Both the position numbers and the translations under genes were made by a program. This document shows, piece after piece, positions 9,840-20,267 of a stretch of DNA of 46,482 bases. Each line of letters begins with the position of its first letter. Position 1 is the first letter of the stretch. Location: contig JAWODM010000042.1 in the NCBI GenBank assembly GCA_046483305.1, forward strand, positions 1-46,482. Reading direction: 5' to 3'. This DNA comes from Candidatus Krumholzibacteriales bacterium. GTDB taxonomy: Bacteria > Krumholzibacteriota > Krumholzibacteriia > Krumholzibacteriales > WJIX01. The notes below the pieces were generated by a model. That model worked only from the letters and a program-made list of their open reading frames with translations. It did no database searches and was not told where the DNA came from.

Positions 9840-10214
9840 TCATTTCCCGTTCAGGTTACTCTCTATGCTGGCTATAATATCAAGCGGTATAATGGTCTTC
9901 TCCAGCACATCCCTCACATCCGCTTTTTCTTTCAGCTTATTGATAACTTCATCGTCAACATGGCCGCTGACCACAATTATGGGTATATCCTCGGTATCGC
10001 GGTCAGCGTTAAGCTGTTCCGCTGTCTTGATACCGTTGCCGGCGAATTTTATATCCAGCAGGATGATGTCCGGCCTGTACTTCCTTGCCTCGGCTATGGC
10101 CTCTTCGTGGTTCACGGCAGACCTTATCCGGTATCCGGCGTTCTCCAGGAGTTCAGTCACTTCTTCTACGAAATCGCTGTTGTCATCTACAATCAAAACT
10201 CTGTTCTTGCTCAT
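9840..10214 (-). CDS. Single-domain response regulator (REC)
   Basis: VLIVDD...ILLDI...IIVVSG...K. Confidence 0.88.
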   Translation of the reverse strand: MSKNRVLIVDDNSDFVEEVTELLENAGYRIRSAVNHEEAIAEARKYRPDIILLDIKFAGNGIKTAEQLNADRDTEDIPIIVVSGHVDDEVINKLKEKADVRDVLEKTIIPLDIIASIESNLNGK

Positions 10215-10294
10215 TGCTTCACCTCTCCGGCATCCTTGTCATATCATCATCTTCATACTCTACCTGGAATCATGCCACAGCGCGGGCCGTCAGG

Positions 10295-10332
10295 CAATTG
10301 CTGAAATCTATCTTTTCCTGACCCGGTTCTAC
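10295..10332 (-). promoter_or_regulatory. Regulon box copy, upstream of the REC/M50 operon
   Basis: Minus strand GTAGAA-CCGGG-TCAGGAAAAGATA-GATTTCAG-CAATTG; -35 TTGCCT, 17-nt spacer ending TGG, CATGAT (10274-10269). Confidence 0.72.
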
Positions 10333-10379
10333 CTGAAGCCGCAGTTCGAATAAATTTTCAGAATTCAGAGATATGAATA

Positions 10380-10829
10380 TCAGGCGTCCGTTTCTGGCTC
10401 TTTAATGTCCGGTTCTCCGGATGAGACCGGATTGCCTCTATACGCTGTCAGTTCCCGGATCGCGCTCAGAACCTCTTCGATATTGAACGGCTTCTCCGCG
10501 AATCCGTCGGCCAGTTCAACCGCCTCCATATCCTGGTGATCTTCGGGCTCCAGTATTTCGTGCAGTTCGCTGGTGAGCGGCTTCCCGGTAATTACAATCA
10601 CCCTGGCCAGCCGGTTCTTCTTTATGTACTTCAGCAGTTCCGATCCGCTGATCCCCGGGAGCTTGAGATCCAGAAGCACCACCTCGTAATCCCCCCTGTC
10701 CACCAGCTTTTTCCCCTCAATACCGTCGTTCGCCTGGTCAACCTCATAACCTTCCAGCCGAAGTATCTCGGCGAATTCCTCGCACATCTCCCGGTCATCC
10801 TCTATAATGAGGATACCATTTTTATTCAT
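10380..10829 (-). CDS. Single-domain response regulator (REC)
   Basis: ILIIEDD...LLDLKLPGISG...ITG...KPF; overlaps the kinase stop. Confidence 0.88.
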   Translation of the reverse strand: MNKNGILIIEDDREMCEEFAEILRLEGYEVDQANDGIEGKKLVDRGDYEVVLLDLKLPGISGSELLKYIKKNRLARVIVITGKPLTSELHEILEPEDHQDMEAVELADGFAEKPFNIEEVLSAIRELTAYRGNPVSSGEPDIKEPETDA

Positions 10830-12012
10830 GGCCCTTCCTTTCCAGCGGGAGTTCCACCGTCACCACTGTCCCCGACCCTTTTTCGCTTCTGATTGATATA
10901 CTTCCCCCGTGAAGCTCTGTCAGCTCACGGCATATCGACAGGCCAAGCCCGGTCCCCCTGGCCCTGCCGGTGAAGAATGGGTCGAACACCCTGTCCAGCT
11001 CCTCCTCATCGACACCTCTGCCGTTGTCCGAAATTTCCACTTTCACCTTTCGCCCGGCAACGCTTGCGCTTATATCTATCCGCCCCCCTTTCTCAATGGC
11101 CTGAAACCCGTTTTTAATAATATTTACAAATACTTCCCTGATTTGTTCCGGGTCGGCAAAGAGAGCCCGGCCCCGCATCTTCTTCAGCTGTTTCCGGATT
11201 GTCACATCCTTATCCGGAAATAGTTCTTTCACCGACCTGACGCTATCGGTGATTACCCCTGAAAGCCTCAGCTTGCGTTTCTGGGGCCTCTGAATCCTTG
11301 AATAATTAAGCAGGTTATCTATGATCAGGACACTTTCGTCTATCTTTGTCTGAATATTGTCTATATGTTTCTCCAGTAAAGGGTCCGAATTTTTCCGGTG
11401 AAGATTGTAAGCCGCCGTTCTGATAACCCCCAGGGGATTCCGCAGCTCATGAGCAACCGTGGCCGCCAGGGTCCCTATGCTGCTGAGCCGCCTGTTCTGA
11501 TCGATATCCTCCCTGAGTTCAGCAAGCCCCCTCTTCTCTCCCCGGGCGGCACTGCCAGCGCCTTCATCAGCTGCGGCTTCAAACGCTTTCCGCTGAGGCT
11601 GCTCAGTTATATCATGCCAGACGGCAACCATTCCGACAACCTTCCCGCCGGAATTTACAGGGCCGGCCGATCCGACGTTAAGCCGTATATCCCCGTCAGT
11701 ATTGCGAAAATGAAAATGCACATTCCGGACCGTCTCCCCGCTCATGACTCTATCGGATAAAAGTTCTTCGGCCAGAGGGTTAGCTTCCCCTCCATTCTGA
11801 GATGACAGCCTCTCATCGATCTCTTCACGGGAATTTCCCGCAGGATTGAATGCCAACGATTCAGCGGCCAGCCGGTTGGCATGGATGACTTTCATGTCCC
11901 GGTCAAGGATCAGCATCGGAACAGGAAAAGAGTTCCCTATCCCCTCCCTGATGATTTTCTCCGGGACAGCCCCCCCGGCATCTTTTGGTTTTTCCCGCTT
12001 TCTGTCTCTCAT
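10822..12012 (-). CDS. Soluble PAS-HisKA-HATPase histidine kinase
   Basis: PAS ending VWHDITE; H box AHELRNPL; N box; DNGRG; FDPFF; GTGLGL. No TM segment. Confidence 0.92.
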   Translation of the reverse strand: MRDRKREKPKDAGGAVPEKIIREGIGNSFPVPMLILDRDMKVIHANRLAAESLAFNPAGNSREEIDERLSSQNGGEANPLAEELLSDRVMSGETVRNVHFHFRNTDGDIRLNVGSAGPVNSGGKVVGMVAVWHDITEQPQRKAFEAAADEGAGSAARGEKRGLAELREDIDQNRRLSSIGTLAATVAHELRNPLGVIRTAAYNLHRKNSDPLLEKHIDNIQTKIDESVLIIDNLLNYSRIQRPQKRKLRLSGVITDSVRSVKELFPDKDVTIRKQLKKMRGRALFADPEQIREVFVNIIKNGFQAIEKGGRIDISASVAGRKVKVEISDNGRGVDEEELDRVFDPFFTGRARGTGLGLSICRELTELHGGSISIRSEKGSGTVVTVELPLERKGHE

Positions 12013-12065
12013 AACATCCCTGGGGGTTACCCGCCGTTTTCCTTCCCGGAGCCTGATGCCTGATC

Positions 12066-12767
12066 CTACTCCCTGAATTCAGTGGGGGTCATTCCCACGA
12101 TCTTCTTGAACATCCTGATAAATGATTCCATGTTCTGGTAACCGAGCCGGTAGGATATTTCATCAACGGTAAGGCCGGTATCGGCCAGAATTTCCCTTGC
12201 TTTTTCCATCTTCGCTCTGAGCCGGTACTGATTGAATCCGGTGCCTGTAACCTCCTTGAACAGCCTGCTCAGATATTTGGGGCTGAGAAACACCAGGTCG
12301 GCGGCGTCTCTGAGGCTGACCCGCTTGTCGTAATTCCGCTCCAGGTAATCCTTGACCCGCTCTATCTTTCCCTCCGAATCCCGCTTATAAGATTTGCCGA
12401 CCGAATCTTCTTCATGCAGGAGCCGGTGGATAATATTCTCCAGTTTCTCGATATCAACGGGCTTTTCGATGTAATCGTCCGCGTCTCCCTTCAGAGAAGC
12501 TATCGCCACATCCTTGGAGCTGTAGGCGGTAAGCATCACCACCGGAAGATTCGGGTAACGGTCCTTGATCTCGGGGAGCACCTCGGTCCCCTTCCTGCCC
12601 GGCATACGGACATCCAGTATAACCAGGTCTATCTCGTTGGGACTGGCAAGGATCTCCAGGGCCTGATCCCCGGTGCCGGCCCCCACTATGCGGTACTCCT
12701 CCAGAAAATCATCAAGCTCCTGTCTGAATACGGAATCATCATCGACCAGAAGAATGTTATAAGGCAT
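12066..12767 (-). CDS. REC-AraC response regulator
   Basis: REC (LLVDD, ILDVRMPG, LTAY, KP) plus AraC HTH (LSPKYLSRLFK...LGYQNMESFIRMFKKIVGMTPTEFR). Confidence 0.93.
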   Translation of the reverse strand: MPYNILLVDDDSVFRQELDDFLEEYRIVGAGTGDQALEILASPNEIDLVILDVRMPGRKGTEVLPEIKDRYPNLPVVMLTAYSSKDVAIASLKGDADDYIEKPVDIEKLENIIHRLLHEEDSVGKSYKRDSEGKIERVKDYLERNYDKRVSLRDAADLVFLSPKYLSRLFKEVTGTGFNQYRLRAKMEKAREILADTGLTVDEISYRLGYQNMESFIRMFKKIVGMTPTEFRE

Positions 12768-12805
12768 AGATTCCCCTCATGCAAAACCGGAAGTAGATAT
12801 AAGTC

Positions 12806-12835
12806 AGTATAGGGGAATCCGCAAGTTCATTTCAA
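12806..12835 (-). promoter_or_regulatory. Sigma70-type promoter of the REC-AraC/HK/REC operon, overlapped by a partial regulon box on the opposite strand (12793-12816)
   Basis: Minus strand TTGAAA-N18-TATACT; plus strand GTAGAT-ATAAG-TCAGTATAG. Confidence 0.5.
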
Positions 12836-12964
12836 CATATATTTTGCCCCGGCAACGCCCGGGATTCAGTATCGCCATGCTCGCCTTGCAGGCCTGCCGG
12901 TACAACCGGGAGGTTCAGCTTTTGCCTGGCCCGTTTCAACGTCCCGGCGGCGGGCCGCCGATTA

Positions 12965-12993
12965 TTGACAGGCGGGCATTAAACACTTAACAT
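12965..12993 (+). promoter_or_regulatory. Sigma70-type promoter
   Basis: TTGACA-N17-TAACAT, followed by GAGGAGG RBS. Confidence 0.65.
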
Positions 12994-13016
12994 GTAGGCT
13001 GAGGAGGAACCATGAG

Positions 13017-13961
13017 ATGGAAAGAAATAAAGGTTCGCTACAACCTGATTCCGAAAGCTCCCACCAGGTAAGGGACAGCGAAGCCTGGGATAACGTGGAG
13101 CTGTTTCTGGTTTCAGCGGTCATGTCAATTCTTCTGATACGCGCCTACCTCAAACTTGCCGGTTATCCCAGTATCGGCTTGGAAAATCTCCACATAGCCC
13201 ACTTACTGTGGGGAGGATTACTGATGCTGGCGGCCCTGATGGTCCTGCTGATATGGTGGAACCCGGCGGCAAGAAGATTCGGGGCATTCCTGGCCGGCCT
13301 CGGATTCGGGACATTCGCGGACGAAATCGGGAAGTTCGTCACCCATGACAACGACTACTTCTTCAAACCAACCGCCATGATACTTTACACCCTTTTCATG
13401 GTGCTCTTTCTGGCCGCCCGGTCCCTGATAGGCAACCGGGCGCTCACCGGCAGGGAAGAGAAGGTCAACAGAAGGATGAGAGAGATGTTCCCGTACCATC
13501 ACACCGCGATAAGCTCAAAGATAGATATCTACTTCAAGGCCAGGGAAAAACTGGCCTCCATGTACAGAACGGTGGTTCTGAACCGCTGGTTCAAGATTGT
13601 GCTTACTGCTGGTTTCATAGTGATTGGAGTCATCGGGCTGGCGGTTGTAACAGGGGAGATAACCGGAGAGCCGGATACCGATCCGGGAATCTCTATCGTC
13701 CAGATGGTTGTCTATGCAGCCAGCCTTGCCTGCATCTGGGTGGGAATCTGGTTTCTCAGAACCTCCCGGCTTAAAGCGTATATATGGTTCAAACGCTCGG
13801 TCCTGATAAATATCTTTATAACACAGATATTTGTGTTTTACCGCTCCCAGTTTGCCGGTCTGGGATGGCTGGCCGTTTTCCTGCTGCTGTACTTTGCCCT
13901 GCATTTCATGATAACCCGGGAGAAACAGATTATCCGGCAGACCGGCCGGGCGGATTCCTAG
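13017..13961 (+). CDS. Conserved multi-pass membrane protein of unknown function (HIAHxLWGG / DEIGKF type)
   Basis: About 8 hydrophobic segments with conserved-looking His/Asp motifs. Confidence 0.8.
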   Translation: MERNKGSLQPDSESSHQVRDSEAWDNVELFLVSAVMSILLIRAYLKLAGYPSIGLENLHIAHLLWGGLLMLAALMVLLIWWNPAARRFGAFLAGLGFGTFADEIGKFVTHDNDYFFKPTAMILYTLFMVLFLAARSLIGNRALTGREEKVNRRMREMFPYHHTAISSKIDIYFKAREKLASMYRTVVLNRWFKIVLTAGFIVIGVIGLAVVTGEITGEPDTDPGISIVQMVVYAASLACIWVGIWFLRTSRLKAYIWFKRSVLINIFITQIFVFYRSQFAGLGWLAVFLLLYFALHFMITREKQIIRQTGRADS

Positions 13962-16696
13962 AGCCGGTCCGCTCCCAGAAACTTCATTGCCTGCCCCGCC
14001 GCAAACGGAACCAGGCTGATGGCCGCTATGAGGTACCAGTGCGCGGGCTCCGGGGGAGAGGTTCCCATCACTTCCCTCAGGCCGGGAATATATACCACCG
14101 ACATGATCAGGATCAGGCACAGGCCTATCGCTCCCCAGACAAACCGGTTTTTCACCACCGGATTATCCAGGAAGGCTGAATCTCCGTCTCTCATATTGAA
14201 TACGTGCCAGAGCCGGCCCAGGGAGAGGGTCAGAAAGGAAACAGTTACCCTGGGAATACCGCTCAACCCCATCACTCTTCCTGCGATTACAAAGGAACCC
14301 AGCACGGTAACAGCTATGATGGCAGCGTATCCCGTAATCCAGAGCCAGTGCTTTCGGCCGACAACAGGCTCGCCGGGAGGGCGAGGGGGGTTCTGCATCT
14401 CTCCCTGCTTTCCCTCGCTGACTCCCAGGGCCAGGGCGGGAAAAACGTCCAGCACCAGGTTCAGAAACAGAATCTGCAGAGGCAGTATGGGCAGCGGCAT
14501 ACCCAGAAGAAGCGCCGCCGCGACTATCATTATTTCGCTCACATTCCCGGAGAGGAGGTACAGTATGAACTTCCTGATATTCTTGAATATCGCCCTTCCC
14601 TGCTCGATAGCTACCAGTATGGTGGAGAAGGCGTCGTCCTTGAGGATCATGTCGGATGCTTCCCGGGCCACCTGGGTGCCCCTGAGGCCCATGGCAACTC
14701 CAATATCCGCTTCCTTAAGAGCCGGAGCGTCGTTTACCCCGTCGCCGGTCATCGCCACGATTGCCCCGTCTTTCTGGTGAAGATCTATCAGGTCGAGCTT
14801 CTGCCCGGGGGTAACCCGGGCAAAAACATCTCCTTCCAGCCACTCCCTGCGCTGATCTTCTGAAGCCAGCTCCGGATCCTGCAGGTCCAGGCCGTACAGC
14901 ACCCGGACATCTTCCTTTCCGGTAAGATTGACTGCCCGGGCCACATGCCTGGCGGTCTCCTCCTGGTCTCCGGTGACCATTATCACTCTTATCCCCGCCC
15001 CGCGGCAGGCCTCCATGGTCTTATCCATATCCCGGCGTGGCGGGTCGCGGAAAGCGGCCAGCCCCAGCAGGACCAGCTCCCGGTAGGGGTCTTCATCAAG
15101 CCCGGAAACCTCTTTATGGGCCAGCGCCAGCAGGCGGTACCCCTCAGCCGCCAGCTTTCTGTTCTTCTCCATCCAATCCCCGCGATCGCTTTCTCCGAAT
15201 TCGACGGTTCCGGAACCGGCGAGGATCCGGCTGCAGAGCTTCAGAATCCTGTCCGGGGCCCCTTTGACCGATACCATCCACCGGGCCTGATTCCGGTTGA
15301 ATGTTGCCATCATCTTGCTTTCCGGATCGAACGATTCCTCCCGCTCCTCAGGGTAATCCTTATGAAGGCGGCGGTAATCCATACCGCTTCGAACGGCCAG
15401 TTCAAGAAGGGCTATCTCCACCGGGTCTCCAAGCCCGCTGCCGGGTTCCGGCTCTTCGCCCTCCTCCGGCAGAGAGGCGTTATTGCAGAAAACGGCCGTT
15501 TCCAGCATCTTCCTTAGAACCGGGTCGCTCTCCGGGGATATCTCTTCTTTATCCCTGAGGTAGGTTGCTTCACTCCGGTCATCGCTCAGTTCAACCTCCA
15601 GTGTGCCGCTACTCATAACCAGCCGCTCCACATTCATCCTGTTTTCGGTGAGAGTGCCGGTTTTGTCAGTGAATATGACACCGGTTGCGCCCAGAGTTTC
15701 CACCGAGGAGAGGCGGTTTATCAGAGCGTTCCGGCTGGCCATCCTCATCATACCCCTGGCCAGCGCCACGGTGGCGACCACCGGCAGCCCCTCCGGAATG
15801 GCCGCTACCGCCAGCGCCACTCCGCTTTTGAGCATAAGGAGCATCTCGTTACCCCTGAATATGCCGATAACGGTAACCGCCGCTGTAAGCCCCACTGTAA
15901 CCCAGATAAGAGACCTGCCCAGCTGTTCCAGCCTCTTCTCCAGCGGCGTCTCTTCGCCCCCCGCCTCCGCGGTCAGTCTGGAAATCCTCCCCAGCTCGGT
16001 ATCCTCGCCGGTGTCAGTCACCACTCCCCTGCCCGAGCCCCTGGTAACGAAGGTCCCCTTGAATACCATGGAGGTTCTCTCGGCCAGCGGGGCATCGGCA
16101 GCTGCTGCATCCACGGTCTTGGTAACCGGCTCCGACTCTCCGGTCAGAGTGGACTCGTCGACCTGGAATTTATTGGCTTCGAACAGCCGCATATCGGCCG
16201 AGATCATGTCCCCGCCTTCCAGAATAACTATATCCCCGGCTACCAGCTCGTCCGCGGGAACGGTTTTCTGCTCGCCTCCGCGCAGGACCCTGGCTTCCAC
16301 CCTGGACAGTTTCCGCAACGCGTCCATCGACCTGGCCGCCCTCAGCTCCGTAAAGAAACCGATCACCGCGTTGAGCGCCACCGCTACCATCACCGCCACC
16401 CCTTCCACGATCTGTCCGAATATAAAGGATAGAATACCGGCTACTCCCAGAATGAGAATAACCAGGCTCTTGAATTGATCCAGGAGAATCCTGATCCCGC
16501 TTCGCCCGCGGTACTCCCTGAACCTGTTGGGGCCGTACCTCGCCCTTCTTCCGCTTAATTCCTCCTGCGGGACGCCCCTGCCGGGAGAGACCTCAAGTTT
16601 ATCGAGTACATCACCGGCGGAGAGGCTCCACCATTTTTCTGCGGAGCCGTCATTCGGTTTTTCCGGCCGGCTCTCCTCATTGAGCCGCAAACTCAT
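13958..16696 (-). CDS. Cation-transporting P-type ATPase (P2A, Ca2+-type, CtpF-like)
   Basis: TGES, IPEGLP, DKTGTLT, KGAP, TGD, GDGVNDAPAL, QILFLNLVLD. Confidence 0.95.
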   Translation of the reverse strand: MSLRLNEESRPEKPNDGSAEKWWSLSAGDVLDKLEVSPGRGVPQEELSGRRARYGPNRFREYRGRSGIRILLDQFKSLVILILGVAGILSFIFGQIVEGVAVMVAVALNAVIGFFTELRAARSMDALRKLSRVEARVLRGGEQKTVPADELVAGDIVILEGGDMISADMRLFEANKFQVDESTLTGESEPVTKTVDAAAADAPLAERTSMVFKGTFVTRGSGRGVVTDTGEDTELGRISRLTAEAGGEETPLEKRLEQLGRSLIWVTVGLTAAVTVIGIFRGNEMLLMLKSGVALAVAAIPEGLPVVATVALARGMMRMASRNALINRLSSVETLGATGVIFTDKTGTLTENRMNVERLVMSSGTLEVELSDDRSEATYLRDKEEISPESDPVLRKMLETAVFCNNASLPEEGEEPEPGSGLGDPVEIALLELAVRSGMDYRRLHKDYPEEREESFDPESKMMATFNRNQARWMVSVKGAPDRILKLCSRILAGSGTVEFGESDRGDWMEKNRKLAAEGYRLLALAHKEVSGLDEDPYRELVLLGLAAFRDPPRRDMDKTMEACRGAGIRVIMVTGDQEETARHVARAVNLTGKEDVRVLYGLDLQDPELASEDQRREWLEGDVFARVTPGQKLDLIDLHQKDGAIVAMTGDGVNDAPALKEADIGVAMGLRGTQVAREASDMILKDDAFSTILVAIEQGRAIFKNIRKFILYLLSGNVSEIMIVAAALLLGMPLPILPLQILFLNLVLDVFPALALGVSEGKQGEMQNPPRPPGEPVVGRKHWLWITGYAAIIAVTVLGSFVIAGRVMGLSGIPRVTVSFLTLSLGRLWHVFNMRDGDSAFLDNPVVKNRFVWGAIGLCLILIMSVVYIPGLREVMGTSPPEPAHWYLIAAISLVPFAAGQAMKFLGADRL

Positions 16697-19485
16697 CGGC
16701 CGCCCTTCACGCTGTCGCCGGGTTCAATACGTTTCATCAGCTGATCCAGGGCGTTCTGAAGCTGCTCCAGCGACCTGCCGGTCTCGCCGAATCTCTTCTC
16801 GCCCAATGATTTCAGATAATTATCGAAGGCACTCTGAGCATCCCGTATCAGGTCCGCCCTGCTGAACTGTCCCTCGCCTTCCTCCATGACAGCCAGCGGC
16901 GGCGCCTTCCCGGAGAAGAGCCCCTCCAGGGCCTGTTCGAAATTCTCACCGTAACTGAGTTTGTCGTCGTGCATGACCACCACCAGGCGAAGCTCGGGAT
17001 AGGCAGCCGTCTCGGCCTGGATGTATATCGGCTCCACGTAAAATATAGTCTCATCCAGCGGAATAACCAGCACGTTCCCCCTGATCACGCTCGACCCCCT
17101 CTGGTCCCACAGGGTCAGCTGTCCGGAAAGAAAACGCTCCTGATCGATCTTGGTTTCAACCTGCTGGGTTCCCAGCACCCGTTTATCCTTGGGGAACTGG
17201 TAGGCCAGAAACCGCCCGTAATTCTCGTCGTCGCACATGCCGGCGATCCATCCTATGAGCACCTGCCGGTTCTTGGGAGTGAAGGGAAGCATCAGCACGA
17301 ATTCCTGCTCATCCTTCTCCGGTGGATTCCACATTATATAGTACGGCTCAACCGGCTGAACCGCCGAATAGTATTTCTCGGTGGCCAGCACCCAGAGATC
17401 TTCCTGATTATAGAACACGGTGGGATCGTCCATGTGGTACTGGGCGTACATCAGGCCCTGCACCAGGAGCATATCGGAGGGATAGCGGACATGCTTCATC
17501 AGCGATTCCGGCATCCGCTCCTTCTCCGTGAACAGGTCCGGGAATATGCTCCGGTAAACCATGATCAGGGGATCTTCCGGTTCGAAAACATAGAATTTAA
17601 CATCGCCGGAATAAGCATTCACCACCGCCTTTACGGAATTCCGGATGTAATTGACCCCTGAAAGACCGCCTCCCTGGATTCTCTGCTTGAACGGTTCGCT
17701 GTAAGGATACCTGTTGCTGGCGGTATAGGCGTCCACTATCCAGTAGAGCTGCCCTTCCGATATAACTATATACGGGTCTTCATCGAAGTGAAGGAAGGGA
17801 GCCAGAGTTTTCACCCTTTCGCATACCTGGCGGTGAAACATCAGGCGGCTGCCGGTGTCCGGATAACCGGAAAACAGGAAGCGGGTCCCGTCGAACTTGT
17901 ACCCGTATATGAACTTCCGCCATATGTTGGAGATCGGAACTCCCCCCGGGCCCTGATAGTTCACATAACGGTTCTGATCGCCGCTGGGGTAATCGAACTC
18001 CTCGGTGGCGGAATTGACCACTACCGGGGTGGTGGTCAGCTCGCCGTAGTATATCTCCGGGCGGTCCATCTTCAGCAGGGGATCTTCCACCTTGGGCGGA
18101 ATATCCCTGACCAGGAGGTGGGGCAGCCCCTGATCGGTGAATTCGCTGACATTGGTAAGAGTCACCCCGTATCCGTGAGTGTATTTGAACCGGCGGTTGA
18201 CGAAGGTCTGGCTCTTGTCGGGGAGGTTATTCACCTCCATTTCGCGCGCTGAAACCATCACCTGCCGGTAACCTGAAGCCAGGTGGTAACGGTCCACGTC
18301 CACATCGGCGAATTCGTAATAGAGGCGGATCTCCTGGAACTGCTTGTATACCGCGTCCAGGGCCCGGTAATCCCACAGCCGCACATTCTTGAAGACCTCG
18401 CTGTTGTCCTCCACCATCGCTCTGGTGAACTCTTTCGATACCGGAAACTCCCTCTCTTCGACCTTGTTGAGATTGAATCCGCGCCGGGTAAAATGAATAT
18501 TGTTCTTGATATAAGGCGATTCCAGGGTGATTTCGTTGGGCTCCACCCTGATCCACTGAACCAGGGCCGGCACGATATTCAGAGCTACCAGCCAAATCAG
18601 CAGTACCCAGATGATATGGAAACCTATCTCCCTGACAGGCGCCGGAATATTAAATGGTTTTCTTCCAGCGAATGACGGGGTGAACCGCCGGCGCAGGGAA
18701 GGGATAAGCAGCGACAGCCCTAAGAAAGCGGTAACCACTATCATAATCCAGTAGATGGGAAGCCTGACATTCACATCGGTCCATCCCGGCCCGTGCACCA
18801 CCCCCCACCTGGAATACATCAGATGGAACCTGCTGAGGTACTTCCCGAAAGCAAGCAGCACGAGCAGCAGAGCTCCCCCGATGTAAAGCGACCTGAAGGA
18901 AACCCCTGCCAGTTTTTCGTCTGATTCAAAGGCTATTTCGTTGCCCTCCCTCCTGAAAAACATACTGGCAGTCATGATCAGCAGGCTCAGTATTACCAGC
19001 CACAGCACCAGATGGTATACCGCTTCCAGAAAGGGGAGGGTGAACAGGTAGAACCCCTCGCTCATACCAAGGATCGGATCACGAGCATCCCCGGCTACCC
19101 GGTGGGTGAACCTCAGCCATTCCATCCAGTTGGCTGAACCCCAGATAAATCCTATCGCCGCGCCAAGAATTACCGCCGCCCATCTGGCATTCTTATTATC
19201 TCCGGGAAGGGAGAGTACCAGCAGGTACATGATAAAGGCGCTGATCAATCCGAAGAAGGCGGAGAGGATAACCTCGGTCCCCAGGACCTTCCAGAACCGT
19301 GAGATATACCCCACCGACTGGAACCACAGACCTTCTCCCCACAGATCGAGCATCTTGAAAAAGAGCAGGGTAAACAGCGCCAGGCCCACTCCCAGTACCA
19401 CGAGGCCCGCCTGGCGGCGTTTGATCCCCCTGAAAAAAATCAAAACAGCGGCTGCAATCAGCAGCAGTATAAGAATCGTATACAT
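16693..19485 (-). CDS. UPF0182 family membrane protein
   Basis: WFQSVGY, DPILG, FYLFTLP, NVRLWD, DVDVDRY, YTHGYG, YIRNSVKA, IRGNVLVIP, YVEPIY. Confidence 0.93.
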   Translation of the reverse strand: MYTILILLLIAAAVLIFFRGIKRRQAGLVVLGVGLALFTLLFFKMLDLWGEGLWFQSVGYISRFWKVLGTEVILSAFFGLISAFIMYLLVLSLPGDNKNARWAAVILGAAIGFIWGSANWMEWLRFTHRVAGDARDPILGMSEGFYLFTLPFLEAVYHLVLWLVILSLLIMTASMFFRREGNEIAFESDEKLAGVSFRSLYIGGALLLVLLAFGKYLSRFHLMYSRWGVVHGPGWTDVNVRLPIYWIMIVVTAFLGLSLLIPSLRRRFTPSFAGRKPFNIPAPVREIGFHIIWVLLIWLVALNIVPALVQWIRVEPNEITLESPYIKNNIHFTRRGFNLNKVEEREFPVSKEFTRAMVEDNSEVFKNVRLWDYRALDAVYKQFQEIRLYYEFADVDVDRYHLASGYRQVMVSAREMEVNNLPDKSQTFVNRRFKYTHGYGVTLTNVSEFTDQGLPHLLVRDIPPKVEDPLLKMDRPEIYYGELTTTPVVVNSATEEFDYPSGDQNRYVNYQGPGGVPISNIWRKFIYGYKFDGTRFLFSGYPDTGSRLMFHRQVCERVKTLAPFLHFDEDPYIVISEGQLYWIVDAYTASNRYPYSEPFKQRIQGGGLSGVNYIRNSVKAVVNAYSGDVKFYVFEPEDPLIMVYRSIFPDLFTEKERMPESLMKHVRYPSDMLLVQGLMYAQYHMDDPTVFYNQEDLWVLATEKYYSAVQPVEPYYIMWNPPEKDEQEFVLMLPFTPKNRQVLIGWIAGMCDDENYGRFLAYQFPKDKRVLGTQQVETKIDQERFLSGQLTLWDQRGSSVIRGNVLVIPLDETIFYVEPIYIQAETAAYPELRLVVVMHDDKLSYGENFEQALEGLFSGKAPPLAVMEEGEGQFSRADLIRDAQSAFDNYLKSLGEKRFGETGRSLEQLQNALDQLMKRIEPGDSVKGGR

Positions 19486-19513
19486 ATCAACTCCCCCTTC
19501 TTGACTGGCTGAA

Positions 19514-20248
19514 TTATTCCTCCGTCATTTCCTTAAGCTCGGCTGCGTTAACCGGCGCATAACCATTCTGATCGTTATCGAAATAAATGTAAACATCTTT
19601 TCCGGCTTCCGCCCAGGCCAGGGCGGCTCCCGCCCATCCTCCCAGGCCCTGTTTCCGGTAGCGCCCCTGATAGGCGCCTTTCGGCCCGTGCAGGCGGATA
19701 TAGACAAAATCGGCGGTCAGCTCTCTGGGCGACTCCCTGCCGGCGAGATGGTAGATACAGAAAGCCGCGCCGTAATCCTTGAGAATAGAGTAAATCCGGT
19801 CATCCCACCAGCTGCTGTCACGGAATTCGAATGCCGCCGGCACCCCGGAGGGAAGCTCGTCGAGAAACTGTTTCAGCCTCCCGGCGTTGACGTTCCAGCG
19901 GGGCGGAAGCTGAAACAGAACCGGGCCCAGCTTATTCCCCAGATGGCCGGCATTGTCCATGAAATTTGCTACCGGCTCTCCGGGATCCTTCAGCTTCTTC
20001 ATATGAGTTATGTATCTGCTGGCTTTAACCGCGAACAGAAAATTATCCGGAACGGTGTCCGCCCAGTTCCTGAATGTGCCGGCGGAGGGCAGATTATAAA
20101 ATGAATTATTTATTTCCACGGTATCAAACCTGCCGGCATAAAATTCCAGCCAATCCTTCTGTTTTATTTCCGGAGGATAGAAATTCTCCCGCCAGTGCCG
20201 GTAATTCCAGCCGGAGGTTCCTATCCGTATGTTGCCCCGTTCAGACAG
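19514..20248 (-). CDS. DUF72 family protein, probable CTG start
   Basis: The frame extends 43 codons upstream of the ORF-track start and includes the conserved IGTSGWxYxHW motif. Also EINNSFY, LFQLPP, EFR, YIRLHG, YFDND. Confidence 0.9.
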   Translation of the reverse strand: MSERGNIRIGTSGWNYRHWRENFYPPEIKQKDWLEFYAGRFDTVEINNSFYNLPSAGTFRNWADTVPDNFLFAVKASRYITHMKKLKDPGEPVANFMDNAGHLGNKLGPVLFQLPPRWNVNAGRLKQFLDELPSGVPAAFEFRDSSWWDDRIYSILKDYGAAFCIYHLAGRESPRELTADFVYIRLHGPKGAYQGRYRKQGLGGWAGAALAWAEAGKDVYIYFDNDQNGYAPVNAAELKEMTEE

Positions 20249-20267
20249 GCTATCATCTCCTCACTGC

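Noticed and set aside
5031..10277. Sigma54 promoters at minus-strand TGGCATG (about 5048 and 10277)
   Set aside because: No GC at the -12 position; both fit better as extended -10 elements of box-associated promoters.
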